A DNA stretch of 64,000 bases from an uncultured virus (IMG/VR IMGVR_UViG_2821904334_000002). Its lineage: Duplodnaviria; Heunggongvirae; Uroviricota; Caudoviricetes. The stretch lies in the IMG/VR virus record IMGVR_UViG_2821904334_000002; one strand, written 5' to 3'. Under the pieces are notes generated by a model that was not told where the DNA came from, ran no database searches, and saw nothing but the letters and a program-made list of their open reading frames with translations. The position numbers and the translations under genes were made by a program. Positions 1-9,456 of the stretch are shown here, one piece after another (positions within the stretch are counted from its first letter, which is position 1; each line of letters begins with the position of its first letter).

Positions 1-228
1 ATGTTAGTACTAGTATTATTTTTATCAGCAATTTATTTAGCATTAGACTTCTCAAACATGAGAGCAATGCGTATTGTAAAGTTCGCAATGTTGTTCATTT
101 ATATAACTGCATTTGGTGACTCAACTGGAATGATGGTGTTATTAACTCTATTTATGATATTCATGGTTGTAGCAAGATTCGCTCGTAAAGTTTTAAAACG
201 TACATCAGTATTCTTTAAACTATTTTAA
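1..228 (+). CDS. small multi-pass membrane protein (possibly 5'-truncated by the window edge)
   Basis: 75-aa ORF with three hydrophobic stretches, followed by a terminator-like hairpin. Confidence 0.6.
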   Translation: MLVLVLFLSAIYLALDFSNMRAMRIVKFAMLFIYITAFGDSTGMMVLLTLFMIFMVVARFARKVLKRTSVFFKLF

Positions 229-262
229 AAGGGTGTTTTTAAATGAATAGCGAACCATAATT

Positions 263-299
263 AAGGCGCATACAAAAATTAAAAGGTATGCGTCTTTTT
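263..299 (+). terminator. intrinsic terminator
   Basis: AAGGCGCATAC...GTATGCGTCTT stem followed by a T-run. Confidence 0.7.
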
Positions 300-502
300 G
301 TGTACTTTTATTTAGGGGTATATTCGAAACCCAGAATGTAGTGAAACGAACGAAACTAGAGGTTTCATCGTCTGGTCTTGCCACTAGCAACGGTTACATA
401 CAAGTAAGAGTTTTATTTCTAATATAAAGGCAAAATTTAACGAACTATTTTAGATAGATATTCAAACAGCACATAACAATTAAAACGAAGAGGTGAACCC
501 AA

Positions 503-1294
503 ATGACAGAATTCTTGGATAGGCATTTTGCGAAAGAATTTAAGCAACTAATGGCTGAGTTACGAAGTGAGACAAGATTTAGTATAAAACAACTCCCCTC
601 ACCATTCAGCAAACCAGCTTTACTAAACAAAGTATACATTAAAGGGATTGAAGACGAGAAATATAGTAAACTAAACGGTAAGTATGCACCAATACGTAAG
701 GGTAACTCAATTGTCCGTAATATCTATCATAATAACGGTCAAAAGAAAGCGGAGACTACATACACCGCAAAGGATGGTAATGCATTAATCGTTACAAATG
801 AAAACTTACAATTACCATACCGATATCGTCCTACAGACAAAGCATTAGAGTATGTAGACTACAGAGAAACAAATGGTGTTCGTACTTTCATTTATTCAAT
901 ACCGAAGAAGTATCTATATAAAACAAAGCAAACCGCATTGGTATTAGCACAGAACACAAAAAGAAGTCATTACGGCGGGTTAAAACTTATGTTAACAAAC
1001 GGTCATTCCATTTACCTATACATTGTATCATTGGGTAACGTGCGTGAGCGAGAAGGTAACGTTCCATTAATCACAAAGACAGGCAATGATTATAGCGTAG
1101 AGTTACAGAAACTACAAGAGTACTGGTTACAAAGGGGTATTATCTTCCCTAAAAACGTACTGGAACTGGAAATACCATATGGAGATTCAACAAACTTAGG
1201 TTATAAAGTATTAGAAGCGGTAGAAGACTATGTAGGCATAGACGAGTTTAGTATTACAGAACGAGCAGAAATGAAAGCGAGACAGGCTTACTAA
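503..1294 (+). CDS. hypothetical protein (263 aa)
   Basis: long ORF with GAGGTG RBS; no family recognised. Confidence 0.8.
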   Translation: MTEFLDRHFAKEFKQLMAELRSETRFSIKQLPSPFSKPALLNKVYIKGIEDEKYSKLNGKYAPIRKGNSIVRNIYHNNGQKKAETTYTAKDGNALIVTNENLQLPYRYRPTDKALEYVDYRETNGVRTFIYSIPKKYLYKTKQTALVLAQNTKRSHYGGLKLMLTNGHSIYLYIVSLGNVREREGNVPLITKTGNDYSVELQKLQEYWLQRGIIFPKNVLELEIPYGDSTNLGYKVLEAVEDYVGIDEFSITERAEMKARQAY

Positions 1295-1316
1295 TCATTA
1301 TGAACAGATATTACAT

Positions 1317-1345
1317 TTGACAAATACCAAAACTTATGTTATAAT
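1317..1345 (+). promoter_or_regulatory. sigma-A promoter, repeated family
   Basis: TTGACA-17 nt-TATAAT with extended TG; spacer AATACCAAAACTTATGT. Confidence 0.85.
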
Positions 1346-1395
1346 AGATATATAAATGATTGGTGATAAGAATTATTTACGAAAGGAGAAAGGGA

Positions 1396-3243
1396 ATGGA
1401 ATATAATGTTGTGAAACACGGAAATAAAGAAGCATACATCATTAAGAAAGAAACAACATTCAAAATCGTAAAAGAACTACTAGGTACAGACTACCTAAAC
1501 ACCGTTACAACTGAGTTCATTAAGAATAAGTGTGTACACAATCCGAACTTAAATAAAGGGGTATTAGTATCAAACCGTAGGTCTTTAAAGGCAAAATTTG
1601 CAAAAGAGCGTATGATGTCAGATGTTGTTATGAACCGATTTTTAGAGCAAGAGATACCTGAAGAACAGTATAGCTTCTTACAACAATACGTAGGAAACTT
1701 AATACTTCATAATAAGGGTGCAGAGAATATTTTCTTAAACCTCGGTCGAGGGGTAAATGAAGAATATTTCCGTAAGAAAGGTATTAAGTTAGCAAACTTA
1801 AACCAAAATGCAAAGTGGCGTTTAGCCTTCGTAAAAGACATCGTTCATGGTTATTGTTCATTAGGTCATGAGATACGATACGCTTTTACCGCTATAAACG
1901 ATTTTGGAGATAGTTTAGTCTTTGGTAGTACATGTGTTCATGATTTCTTTGAAATAGACGAGCAGTTAGGAGAAAGACTTACGGAATATGTAAATCAAAT
2001 CAGAACACATACAGAAGACTACTATAACGATTATCATTCATACTATGAGATTCATCGTAAACAAGACCAGTTCATGGCACTGTTAATGAAGTTCGTAAAT
2101 AGTTCTACAAATGAGCAAACATTTAATCAGACTGAATTAAACTACATGAGTACATTCATTGGTTATGGTTTACCAATACCAAGACCTTTAGCAGAGCAAG
2201 TAGGAGATAAAATAATGGACTTCTTTGCTAAGGAGTATAAGATGTTAGTAGCATTCGAACCGTATGACATTGTAACCAAACTGATATACCTTTGTGGTTG
2301 TTTCGCATATGGGTGTCATGGAACTACAGTAAATGAGTTAAATACAAACTTCCCAGTAAACTACTTAGGCGATAGAATCATGCCGAAGATGGTAGAACAC
2401 CTACAAGAGAAGTTTGATGCCTTACAAACAGGTACAACCAATAATGATTTTATCCAAGTAATGACACAAAACTTAAATATCAATCAATTTGTCATGCTAT
2501 TAAATAACTTATCTATGATGAAGAAGTTAACAGGGGTATTAGCACAAGATAATGTTTTAACTCTTGAACCAAACCCTACTGAAACGGGTTATAAATTAAC
2601 ATACAAAGAGATTACATTATCAAGACAAAGCCATATAGCGTCAAAAACTCACGCTACTGAAAGTGCAAAACGGATGAACTTACTATTCGGATTACCACTT
2701 GTAGAAACACGAGAAGACGCATTGAAAATTTTCATGAATCAGCAAATCCAACTAAAACTAGATAAGAACGTATTAGCAACGAGAGATTTTGCTTATCTGA
2801 ACATGTTTGAGTACGAAGAAGGGGTATCGGTTTTCTCCACTAAACTCAATGCAGGTGCAGAAAAACTAAAGAATTTCATGCATGAAAACGAAGGAAAAGT
2901 CGTAGCAGAAGATATTGTGCTACAAATCTTAAATAATGACTTTGTAAATAAGGATAAACCAAAAGGTTTAGAATGGTACAATTTAATCATTCAAGAAAAC
3001 CACGTAGCAGAAGCTATGCAAAGTAATAAACCACGCACAGGGGTAGTTAGAAACCGTTCAAACTTCCCTACAGAAGAGTATGAAGAGTTATTAGAAAAAG
3101 CAATCAGACATAGGGACGTAGTTGATAAGAAGAGAAAAGGTTTTGCAGTAGACATACTGAAAACAGTATTAACCTACAAGAAAGTATCACCAAAACAGAA
3201 AAAGTTTATAGATGATTTAGAGAGTGTACTACAAGACGTATAA
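1396..3243 (+). CDS. hypothetical protein with putative Zn-binding motif
   Basis: ORF (track start 1360; ATG 1396 follows an AGGAG/AGGGA RBS); CSLGHEIRY...FGSTC motif. Confidence 0.75.
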   Translation: MEYNVVKHGNKEAYIIKKETTFKIVKELLGTDYLNTVTTEFIKNKCVHNPNLNKGVLVSNRRSLKAKFAKERMMSDVVMNRFLEQEIPEEQYSFLQQYVGNLILHNKGAENIFLNLGRGVNEEYFRKKGIKLANLNQNAKWRLAFVKDIVHGYCSLGHEIRYAFTAINDFGDSLVFGSTCVHDFFEIDEQLGERLTEYVNQIRTHTEDYYNDYHSYYEIHRKQDQFMALLMKFVNSSTNEQTFNQTELNYMSTFIGYGLPIPRPLAEQVGDKIMDFFAKEYKMLVAFEPYDIVTKLIYLCGCFAYGCHGTTVNELNTNFPVNYLGDRIMPKMVEHLQEKFDALQTGTTNNDFIQVMTQNLNINQFVMLLNNLSMMKKLTGVLAQDNVLTLEPNPTETGYKLTYKEITLSRQSHIASKTHATESAKRMNLLFGLPLVETREDALKIFMNQQIQLKLDKNVLATRDFAYLNMFEYEEGVSVFSTKLNAGAEKLKNFMHENEGKVVAEDIVLQILNNDFVNKDKPKGLEWYNLIIQENHVAEAMQSNKPRTGVVRNRSNFPTEEYEELLEKAIRHRDVVDKKRKGFAVDILKTVLTYKKVSPKQKKFIDDLESVLQDV

Positions 3244-3270
3244 TAACAAGCGAGTTTATAGAGAATTAGG

Positions 3271-3300
3271 TAGGAACTGGATGTTATTTTCCAGTTCCTA
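3271..3300. terminator. inverted repeat abutting the next promoter (terminator or operator)
   Basis: TAGGAACTGGA...TCCAGTTCCTA. Confidence 0.55.
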
Positions 3301-3329
3301 TTGACATTTTGGGAAACTTATGTTATAAT
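3301..3329 (+). promoter_or_regulatory. sigma-A promoter, repeated family
   Basis: TTGACA-17-TATAAT with AAACTTATG spacer and extended -10. Confidence 0.85.
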
Positions 3330-3376
3330 ATTAATATAAATAAGCAGGAGAAATAAATATAAAGAGGTCTATTTAT

Positions 3377-3733
3377 ATGATTTATTTACGTAAACTAGGG
3401 CAAGGAGAGACAACTCTCATAATGAAAGGTAAAGCATTTTACTTTGATATGCTGAACGAGTTTAAACGGGAAGTACCTGTAAAATTTATAAACTTAGAAC
3501 AGGTACAAATAATTTCATTTATTACACAAGGTAACCAAGTAGAAGTGGCATATACAGATAAAGAGGGTAATGTAACAAAGAGATTGATAATAAACATGAG
3601 TGAGTTATTACCTACAATTGATAGACTAAAGAAAGAACCGAGATATATTGTTACATTAACGAAAACGGTAAGGATTGGGGAAGTAGTGAGTAAACAATAC
3701 ATTGTGGTATACAAGACTTCAAGTAAACAATAG
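3377..3733 (+). CDS. hypothetical protein (118 aa)
   Basis: ORF with AGAGGT RBS downstream of a promoter. Confidence 0.75.
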   Translation: MIYLRKLGQGETTLIMKGKAFYFDMLNEFKREVPVKFINLEQVQIISFITQGNQVEVAYTDKEGNVTKRLIINMSELLPTIDRLKKEPRYIVTLTKTVRIGEVVSKQYIVVYKTSSKQ

Positions 3734-3764
3734 AAAGTAGGTGAAGGAGGTGGAGTTAAAAGCA

Positions 3765-5507
3765 ATGACTTATTTTAAGAATGGATTTGAAGTACAACAT
3801 AACAAACTGAAAATTAGATTATCGTCTATCCGTAGTTTATTACATAACCTAAACTTCCAAATAGCAGACCGAGGTATGATTGATACAGCTTCTATCGTAA
3901 GTAGACAAGACGTATCAGCATACTTAATGGATGAGTACGGGGTAGAGGAATTAGAGGTTATTAAAAATTATTCAGACGGGTTCTACGAAGTAGACGATTA
4001 TTTAATGTTAGAATTCGGAGCAAGAGTAACAACCAACGAGGATTTAAAGAAAGACTTAGAGTTACTATCAAACTATTTTAGAGTACAAACAACTGAAAAT
4101 CACTTATCTAAGTATCTAGGTAAGAAACAGTCGGTGAATAGTAATACAATCGTAAAACCACTTGCTACCATCGAGAAAGGTAGAATCAAATTCAGAGGGG
4201 TAAACGATTTATCTTACATCGAGAATTTCTATACAGTAGGAAACGCAAAAGAGATTTATATCAGTAATATTTTCTATCAAGCCTTGTCTGATTATGCAGG
4301 GATTAGTAATCTATCAAACTGGACATTCAGAGAAGAACTGTCTAGACATGATGAGTCTAGGTATATCTTAAAAGTGTTAGAGGGAGCAATTAAGCCAAAC
4401 ACGGAAAAAGGTATGCTAGTTTACGAAAAGTATTTAGATGTTATCACGAAAAAAGGTGAAAACTTCATTTTCATGGAAACATATCTAAAACGAGCAGAAG
4501 AGTTAGATTACTATACTGATAGATTACTAGCAGAGGGTAAACAATTAAAGGGTATTACAGACTATAGTATCATTTATGAAGACAATATCGAAGAAGTAGA
4601 CACATTCCCTTTCTATACGAGTTACTATGCGATAGATTACGATAATCAATGTGAATTAGACATGGTAAACCGTATCAGAGGGGTAGGTGGAGAATTTACA
4701 AGGGAGATTACAGAAGAAAACAAGTATGATTTCCCTGTAACAGTATACATAAACGGCAAGAAAGAGAAAATGTATCCTGTCAAAGAAAACCCTATCATTA
4801 AAATGCATAATTTAGAGAAAACTGGTTTCGCATATTCAGGAGATAACGAATATATTAGAGCCTTAAACGCTTCTGAATTACAGCTAGACGCTAGTATCTT
4901 AGTTACGGAAGCTACTAAATATGTAAACGTATATAACAAAGCAATGTGTAAAGCAGTTGATGAATACAATGAATTACTGGAGGATGAAGACGATATGCAT
5001 TTAAAAGTAACGCCTAAAGTAACAAAAGAAGACAACAAAATGTACATTGCAAACAAGCTAAAATATTACTCTGTAAATCCAAACCTTGAAAGAGTAGTAG
5101 AAGGTACATTAATTTTAAACGAGAATTTAGAGTCTCCAACATTAAAGATGTTAATTTCAGACGATATGTTTGTAGATTATAGCATTGAAGATTTAGAGAA
5201 ACGTAGAGCATTCTATGTAGAAGAAGAAAAGGCGATGTACGCTTACAAGTTCACAATGCAATATGATACAGAAAGCAAAGACATCATTACAGTACGTGAA
5301 AACCTAGTAGGTATTGTACGTAAAGGTAAGAAAGTAAATCCAACTGTATTAACGGCAATGGGATTAACATTAGAGCAAGAAGAACTGATTCGTAAGATGG
5401 TTCGTAATGAAGTACTAAACAAAGTAATGGATTGTAAAGACAGTTCAGAGTACTTTAAGAAAGTGATTGAGTCATCTTCAAAAGAAGGTGTGAAACAACA
5501 TGCATGA
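3765..5507 (+). CDS. hypothetical protein; N-terminal half weakly resembles a degenerate family A DNA polymerase
   Basis: ORF (track start 3741; ATG 3765 after AAGGAGGTGG); colinear weak matches to PolA thumb/palm motifs, by eye only. Confidence 0.55.
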   Translation: MTYFKNGFEVQHNKLKIRLSSIRSLLHNLNFQIADRGMIDTASIVSRQDVSAYLMDEYGVEELEVIKNYSDGFYEVDDYLMLEFGARVTTNEDLKKDLELLSNYFRVQTTENHLSKYLGKKQSVNSNTIVKPLATIEKGRIKFRGVNDLSYIENFYTVGNAKEIYISNIFYQALSDYAGISNLSNWTFREELSRHDESRYILKVLEGAIKPNTEKGMLVYEKYLDVITKKGENFIFMETYLKRAEELDYYTDRLLAEGKQLKGITDYSIIYEDNIEEVDTFPFYTSYYAIDYDNQCELDMVNRIRGVGGEFTREITEENKYDFPVTVYINGKKEKMYPVKENPIIKMHNLEKTGFAYSGDNEYIRALNASELQLDASILVTEATKYVNVYNKAMCKAVDEYNELLEDEDDMHLKVTPKVTKEDNKMYIANKLKYYSVNPNLERVVEGTLILNENLESPTLKMLISDDMFVDYSIEDLEKRRAFYVEEEKAMYAYKFTMQYDTESKDIITVRENLVGIVRKGKKVNPTVLTAMGLTLEQEELIRKMVRNEVLNKVMDCKDSSEYFKKVIESSSKEGVKQHA

Positions 5508-6579
5508 TGAAAACAAACTATCACTAAATGCATTAGAACAGCAAGTGAAAGAACTCTCTACTCAAAGGGGTAGGGAGTCTTCTCCTGTTCAAGACGAAGT
5601 ATCTCATGTCGAAGACTTAGAGAAATGTGTATATCCAATTCCTTATGATACAGGGAATGGTGAAACAAGTTATACACCAACTACAGAAGAAATAGAGGAA
5701 GACGATTCTGTACAATTAGTAGAACCGATTGAAGATGAAGATGAAATCGTTGAAACACCTATTATAGACGATGAGATACTGGATGAAGACGAAGATGAGG
5801 ATTTACTAGACTTAAACGAACCAAAGGATTTTGATGATTTCAGTAAACAAGACGAAGTAGATAAAGAAGACCGTAAGTTCTTATCTCATGCAGAAGATAA
5901 ATCGTTAGTTTATTACGATAGAGAAACATTAAATGAAGAAGAACGAAACATTATGTTATCCGCTATCGAACAGCATATCTTAACACCGCAATATGATAGA
6001 ACAGGAAATTTATACTTCAACCCAAGAGGTATCGTATCAAGAGCAGAAAGTATAAACGCTCTAGAACGATTTGGTAAGAAGCGTAAATCTATAGACGGTG
6101 TATCAGAAGAATCGGATTACTTCAATCAGGGGTATAACGAATTAGTAAGTTCTGGACTTGATAATTTCTTTGAATTCTATACGAAAGAAAACATATATGG
6201 AAACATACGTAGATGTGAGTTAGCCTACATGATATCATCACACCCAAACTATTTCTTTAATAAAGACGTAGCGGTAAAAGAGAACATTTCAAAACTATAT
6301 GGGTATGAAGACATCAAAAAGATTCAAATTTCTCTAGAAGATGCAGGTAGACTATATAGTTTAATCCAAGTAAACAATAACCGAAATGAAGACATTGATT
6401 ATTACTTCAATAAAGTTCGTAGCGGAGAAATTAAACTTCCAATCTCACTTATACTTCTTACACATTATCTAGTTGAGTTGGGGTATAGTGAATCAGACGA
6501 GAAAGTAACAAATCTACACCCATTAAAAGGTGTATCAAGACTAGAATTTGCAAAGTACATTGTAAATCTAAAGAAGTAA
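5500..6579 (+). CDS. acidic protein with three SLH-like repeats
   Basis: FNPRGIVSRAES, NIRRCELAYMI and LHPLKGVSRLEFAKYI resemble the SLH F-x-P-xxx-ITRAE motif; acidic N-terminus; no signal peptide. Confidence 0.55.
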   Translation: MHDENKLSLNALEQQVKELSTQRGRESSPVQDEVSHVEDLEKCVYPIPYDTGNGETSYTPTTEEIEEDDSVQLVEPIEDEDEIVETPIIDDEILDEDEDEDLLDLNEPKDFDDFSKQDEVDKEDRKFLSHAEDKSLVYYDRETLNEEERNIMLSAIEQHILTPQYDRTGNLYFNPRGIVSRAESINALERFGKKRKSIDGVSEESDYFNQGYNELVSSGLDNFFEFYTKENIYGNIRRCELAYMISSHPNYFFNKDVAVKENISKLYGYEDIKKIQISLEDAGRLYSLIQVNNNRNEDIDYYFNKVRSGEIKLPISLILLTHYLVELGYSESDEKVTNLHPLKGVSRLEFAKYIVNLKK

Positions 6580-6591
6580 ATACATAGAAAC

Positions 6592-6626
6592 GAGACTGTA
6601 GGTGAAAACTTACAGTCTTTTTCTTT
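6592..6626 (+). terminator. intrinsic terminator
   Basis: AGACTGTAG...TTACAGTCT followed by a T-run. Confidence 0.75.
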
Positions 6627-6936
6627 GTTTACATGGGTAGAACTGAGTTAATTTTTCAGCTATCTAAATCAAATTTTACGTAACTTCATATGTTGATGAT
6701 TGAGCATTGAAGCGATTTTAACTTAGTAAAATAAATACGTCATTTTTCGTAATATACCTTCATTATCTATATCAAACTAGTAGTCTCATCCTCATTTCTT
6801 AATTTACAATCCCACCTAACTACAATGATTTTATAACCCTTCCTAATCTATGAAAACAAATAGGTATAAACTATCAGATTACCCAAAATCACATGAAATA
6901 AATAACAAGACTACAAACTTTTTGAAATTTTGGTAG

Positions 6937-6965
6937 TTTACAAATGGAAAAATGTATGGTATAAT
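6937..6965 (+). promoter_or_regulatory. sigma-A promoter of the ardC-like operon
   Basis: TTTACA-17-TATAAT with extended TG. Confidence 0.75.
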
Positions 6966-7122
6966 AGAGTAGTAAACAAGTGGGTACAATGTCCATAACG
7001 AGATATAGATTTTTGTAGGGTAATAAGAGGGGAAGAGTAGAAAGGTAGAGTCAGACTGGAATATGATAAGAAAGTCTTGAATCTATCGTGTAATAAAACA
7101 AGAAAAGAGGGGAATACTAAGT

Positions 7123-7401
7123 ATGTCAAAACGATACGGTAACTATAGACTAGATGATATACATTCAATGGCGGTAACACCAACTAACGAGCAGGAAAGT
7201 CAAGACTACAGAAATGCATTAGCAACTGGAAACTATCCATTAAGCATAACGGATTGTGAAACGGTTGGATTATCAGGTGGCTGTGGGGTAGACTGTCATG
7301 TATACTTAGATGGTAAATGTCAAGAGCATGAAGAAATGATTCCTGAGTTGAAAACTGAAGAAGACAAAGCTACATACCAAGAACTGTACGTAAACCAGTA
7401 A
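7123..7401 (+). CDS. small Cys-rich hypothetical protein
   Basis: 92-aa ORF with GAGGGG RBS; CETVGLSGGCGVDCHVYLDGKC. Confidence 0.7.
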   Translation: MSKRYGNYRLDDIHSMAVTPTNEQESQDYRNALATGNYPLSITDCETVGLSGGCGVDCHVYLDGKCQEHEEMIPELKTEEDKATYQELYVNQ

Positions 7402-7441
7402 TTCAAACATCCATTGAATCTAGTAAGAGAGGGGTATTCAA

Positions 7442-8458
7442 ATGACAACGGAAGTAAGAGAAGTAAACGAAGAACTTTTATCGAAAAACCCTAAAGATTT
7501 AAAAGGTAAAGAACGAGATAATTGGTTGACCGAAAAGCAAAAAGACATTATGAATAAAGTAACAAATCATAAAACTTCTAAAGAAGACATCATAGAAATG
7601 TTAACCTTTATGTCTAAGTTCCACAATTATTCTTACAAGAACTCTATGTTAATAGAAGCACAGTGGGAAGGGGCAATGGCAGTAGCAAGTTCACAACGTT
7701 GGAAGAAGCTAGGGTATTACATTCGTAAAGGTGAAACTGGTAAAATACTCATTTGGATTCGAGTAAAGTATAAACGTATTAAACTAGATGAAGGTTGGAT
7801 TCCTTGGAGTAAAGCACCGAAACAAGTACAACAAGATGCTTTAGCAGGGAAATATGAGTGGACGGAGTCAGTAAGTTACAAGTCAGGTTATGTGTATGAT
7901 ATTTCACAAACGACAGCTGAGATTGAAGACTACCCTAAACTAATGCCAAACCGCCATTACAACTTTGAAGAAAATGAAGTAGATTATCAGAACTTACTGG
8001 GTGGTATTGACTTACTAGCAAACAATCTAGGTTACGAAATGAACTGGGACGAACGTGGTGTGTTACAGAGTGCAAAAGGTGGTTGTATCTATGATACAAA
8101 ACAAATCCTTTTAAACAAACGAAATACACATACGGAAAACGTAAGTACTTCTATCCATGAACTAGCACATGCCTATATGCACCCAAAATCTGAATTAGAT
8201 AGAGGTGAAAAAGAGTTACAAGCTGAACTGGTAGCTACGGTAGTTTCAAGTGTATTTGGTATAGACACAAAAGAAAAAGCAGTAGGTTACATTGCAACTT
8301 GGATGAATTCAGCAAATAAACGATTAAAAGAAGATGGAAAAGAAATGCAATTAGAAGACTTACTACAAGAAGTACAAAGAACCGTTAAGAAGTTCGTAAG
8401 AATTATTAATGGTGAAATGGATTATCAAGGTGGAAACGATAAGGCAATGGATAACTAA
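7442..8458 (+). CDS. ardC: ArdC-like antirestriction protein (ssDNA-binding N domain plus zincin-like metallopeptidase domain)
   Basis: FHNYSYKNSMLI...RWKKLGYYIRKGE...VYDISQT N-terminal signature; HELAH motif followed by ELQAEL. Confidence 0.8.
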   Translation: MTTEVREVNEELLSKNPKDLKGKERDNWLTEKQKDIMNKVTNHKTSKEDIIEMLTFMSKFHNYSYKNSMLIEAQWEGAMAVASSQRWKKLGYYIRKGETGKILIWIRVKYKRIKLDEGWIPWSKAPKQVQQDALAGKYEWTESVSYKSGYVYDISQTTAEIEDYPKLMPNRHYNFEENEVDYQNLLGGIDLLANNLGYEMNWDERGVLQSAKGGCIYDTKQILLNKRNTHTENVSTSIHELAHAYMHPKSELDRGEKELQAELVATVVSSVFGIDTKEKAVGYIATWMNSANKRLKEDGKEMQLEDLLQEVQRTVKKFVRIINGEMDYQGGNDKAMDN

Positions 8459-8477
8459 TCTATTGCTTTATCTTTTT
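8438..8477 (+). terminator. intrinsic terminator overlapping the ardC stop
   Basis: GATAAGGCAATGGAT...ATCTATTGCTTTATC followed by TTTTT. Confidence 0.6.
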
Positions 8478-8503
8478 AAACGAATATAAAGTGAGGGTAC
8501 AAA

Positions 8504-8941
8504 ATGAAATCAACATTAAACTTAACAAGTCTACAATTCATGGTATCGTTAATTGTAGAGGATTTAGAAAACTTCAGATTAACAGGGAATAAACTATTTG
8601 ATTTTGAAGAAGTAAGTAATTGTACAAACCTAGATGAATTATTAAAACAATGGTTATTACAGTTTGATGATTTGTCTAGTATTTCTGACGAAGATTTAGA
8701 AGATGTAAAACTAGAATTAGAAGAACACATGAAGTATATGTCAATTTGGAACGTAAGTGAAATCGAAAGAGCAACTAACATCAAATCCTTTAAAGATTAC
8801 TTTGAGGGGTATGTAGGATTCTCTAAACTCGTAGTTGATTTCTATGAGACTAGTTCTAAAGAAGATGAAGAGTATGCAAAAGCGAAAAACTCACCTGAGT
8901 TCAAGGCAAAGTTTAAAGAAATGACAGGTATGGATATTTAA
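8504..8941 (+). CDS. hypothetical acidic protein (145 aa)
   Basis: ORF with GAGGG RBS. Confidence 0.75.
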   Translation: MKSTLNLTSLQFMVSLIVEDLENFRLTGNKLFDFEEVSNCTNLDELLKQWLLQFDDLSSISDEDLEDVKLELEEHMKYMSIWNVSEIERATNIKSFKDYFEGYVGFSKLVVDFYETSSKEDEEYAKAKNSPEFKAKFKEMTGMDI

Positions 8942-8964
8942 GCTAGGAATAGGGGTAGGTAGTT

Positions 8965-9297
8965 ATGGAAACAGGATTAGAAACACAGTTATCTAGTATT
9001 CTAGCAACTTCAAAGGTACTCTCATTCAAAGAGTTTCAAGACTCATTAGATAACTTAGTAAATGAAGAAAACAAACGTAGTTTTAAGATGACAACTGATA
9101 CAGGCTCTCGTATACAGGGGTATATCCTTAGTTTAGACACGGAGGAAAACAGGTCTAAACTGAAAGTGAATAAGTTAGGGAAGGAAGAACATCACCTAAC
9201 TTTTGTACCTAGTATTGTAAAGTGTATCTCACAGAAACAAGAAGGTGTATTCACCGTCTTTTATGAAACGTCAATTGTCTTTATTACAGTAAAATAA
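8965..9297 (+). CDS. hypothetical protein (110 aa)
   Basis: ORF with AGGGGTAGG RBS. Confidence 0.7.
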   Translation: METGLETQLSSILATSKVLSFKEFQDSLDNLVNEENKRSFKMTTDTGSRIQGYILSLDTEENRSKLKVNKLGKEEHHLTFVPSIVKCISQKQEGVFTVFYETSIVFITVK

Positions 9298-9305
9298 TGA
9301 GGGTT

Positions 9306-9343
9306 ATAGCTCTAGACTACTAAGTTTAGGGCTATTTCTCTTT
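9306..9343 (+). terminator. intrinsic terminator
   Basis: ATAGCTCTAGAC...GTTTAGGGCTAT followed by a T-rich tail. Confidence 0.65.
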
Positions 9344-9361
9344 ATAATTTTGTAACTATAG

Positions 9362-9390
9362 TTGACAAATGGCAAAACTTATGTTATAAT
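9362..9390 (+). promoter_or_regulatory. sigma-A promoter, repeated family
   Basis: TTGACAAATGGCAAAACTTATGTTATAAT. Confidence 0.85.
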
Positions 9391-9456
9391 AGTATTATAG
9401 TTAAAGATAAAGCAAAGTACATAGTAGACTTTGAAACAATTGGGAGGAAGAATAAA

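Noticed and set aside
325..400. Hammerhead ribozyme (several GAAAC motifs)
   Set aside because: The conserved CTGATGA core is absent.
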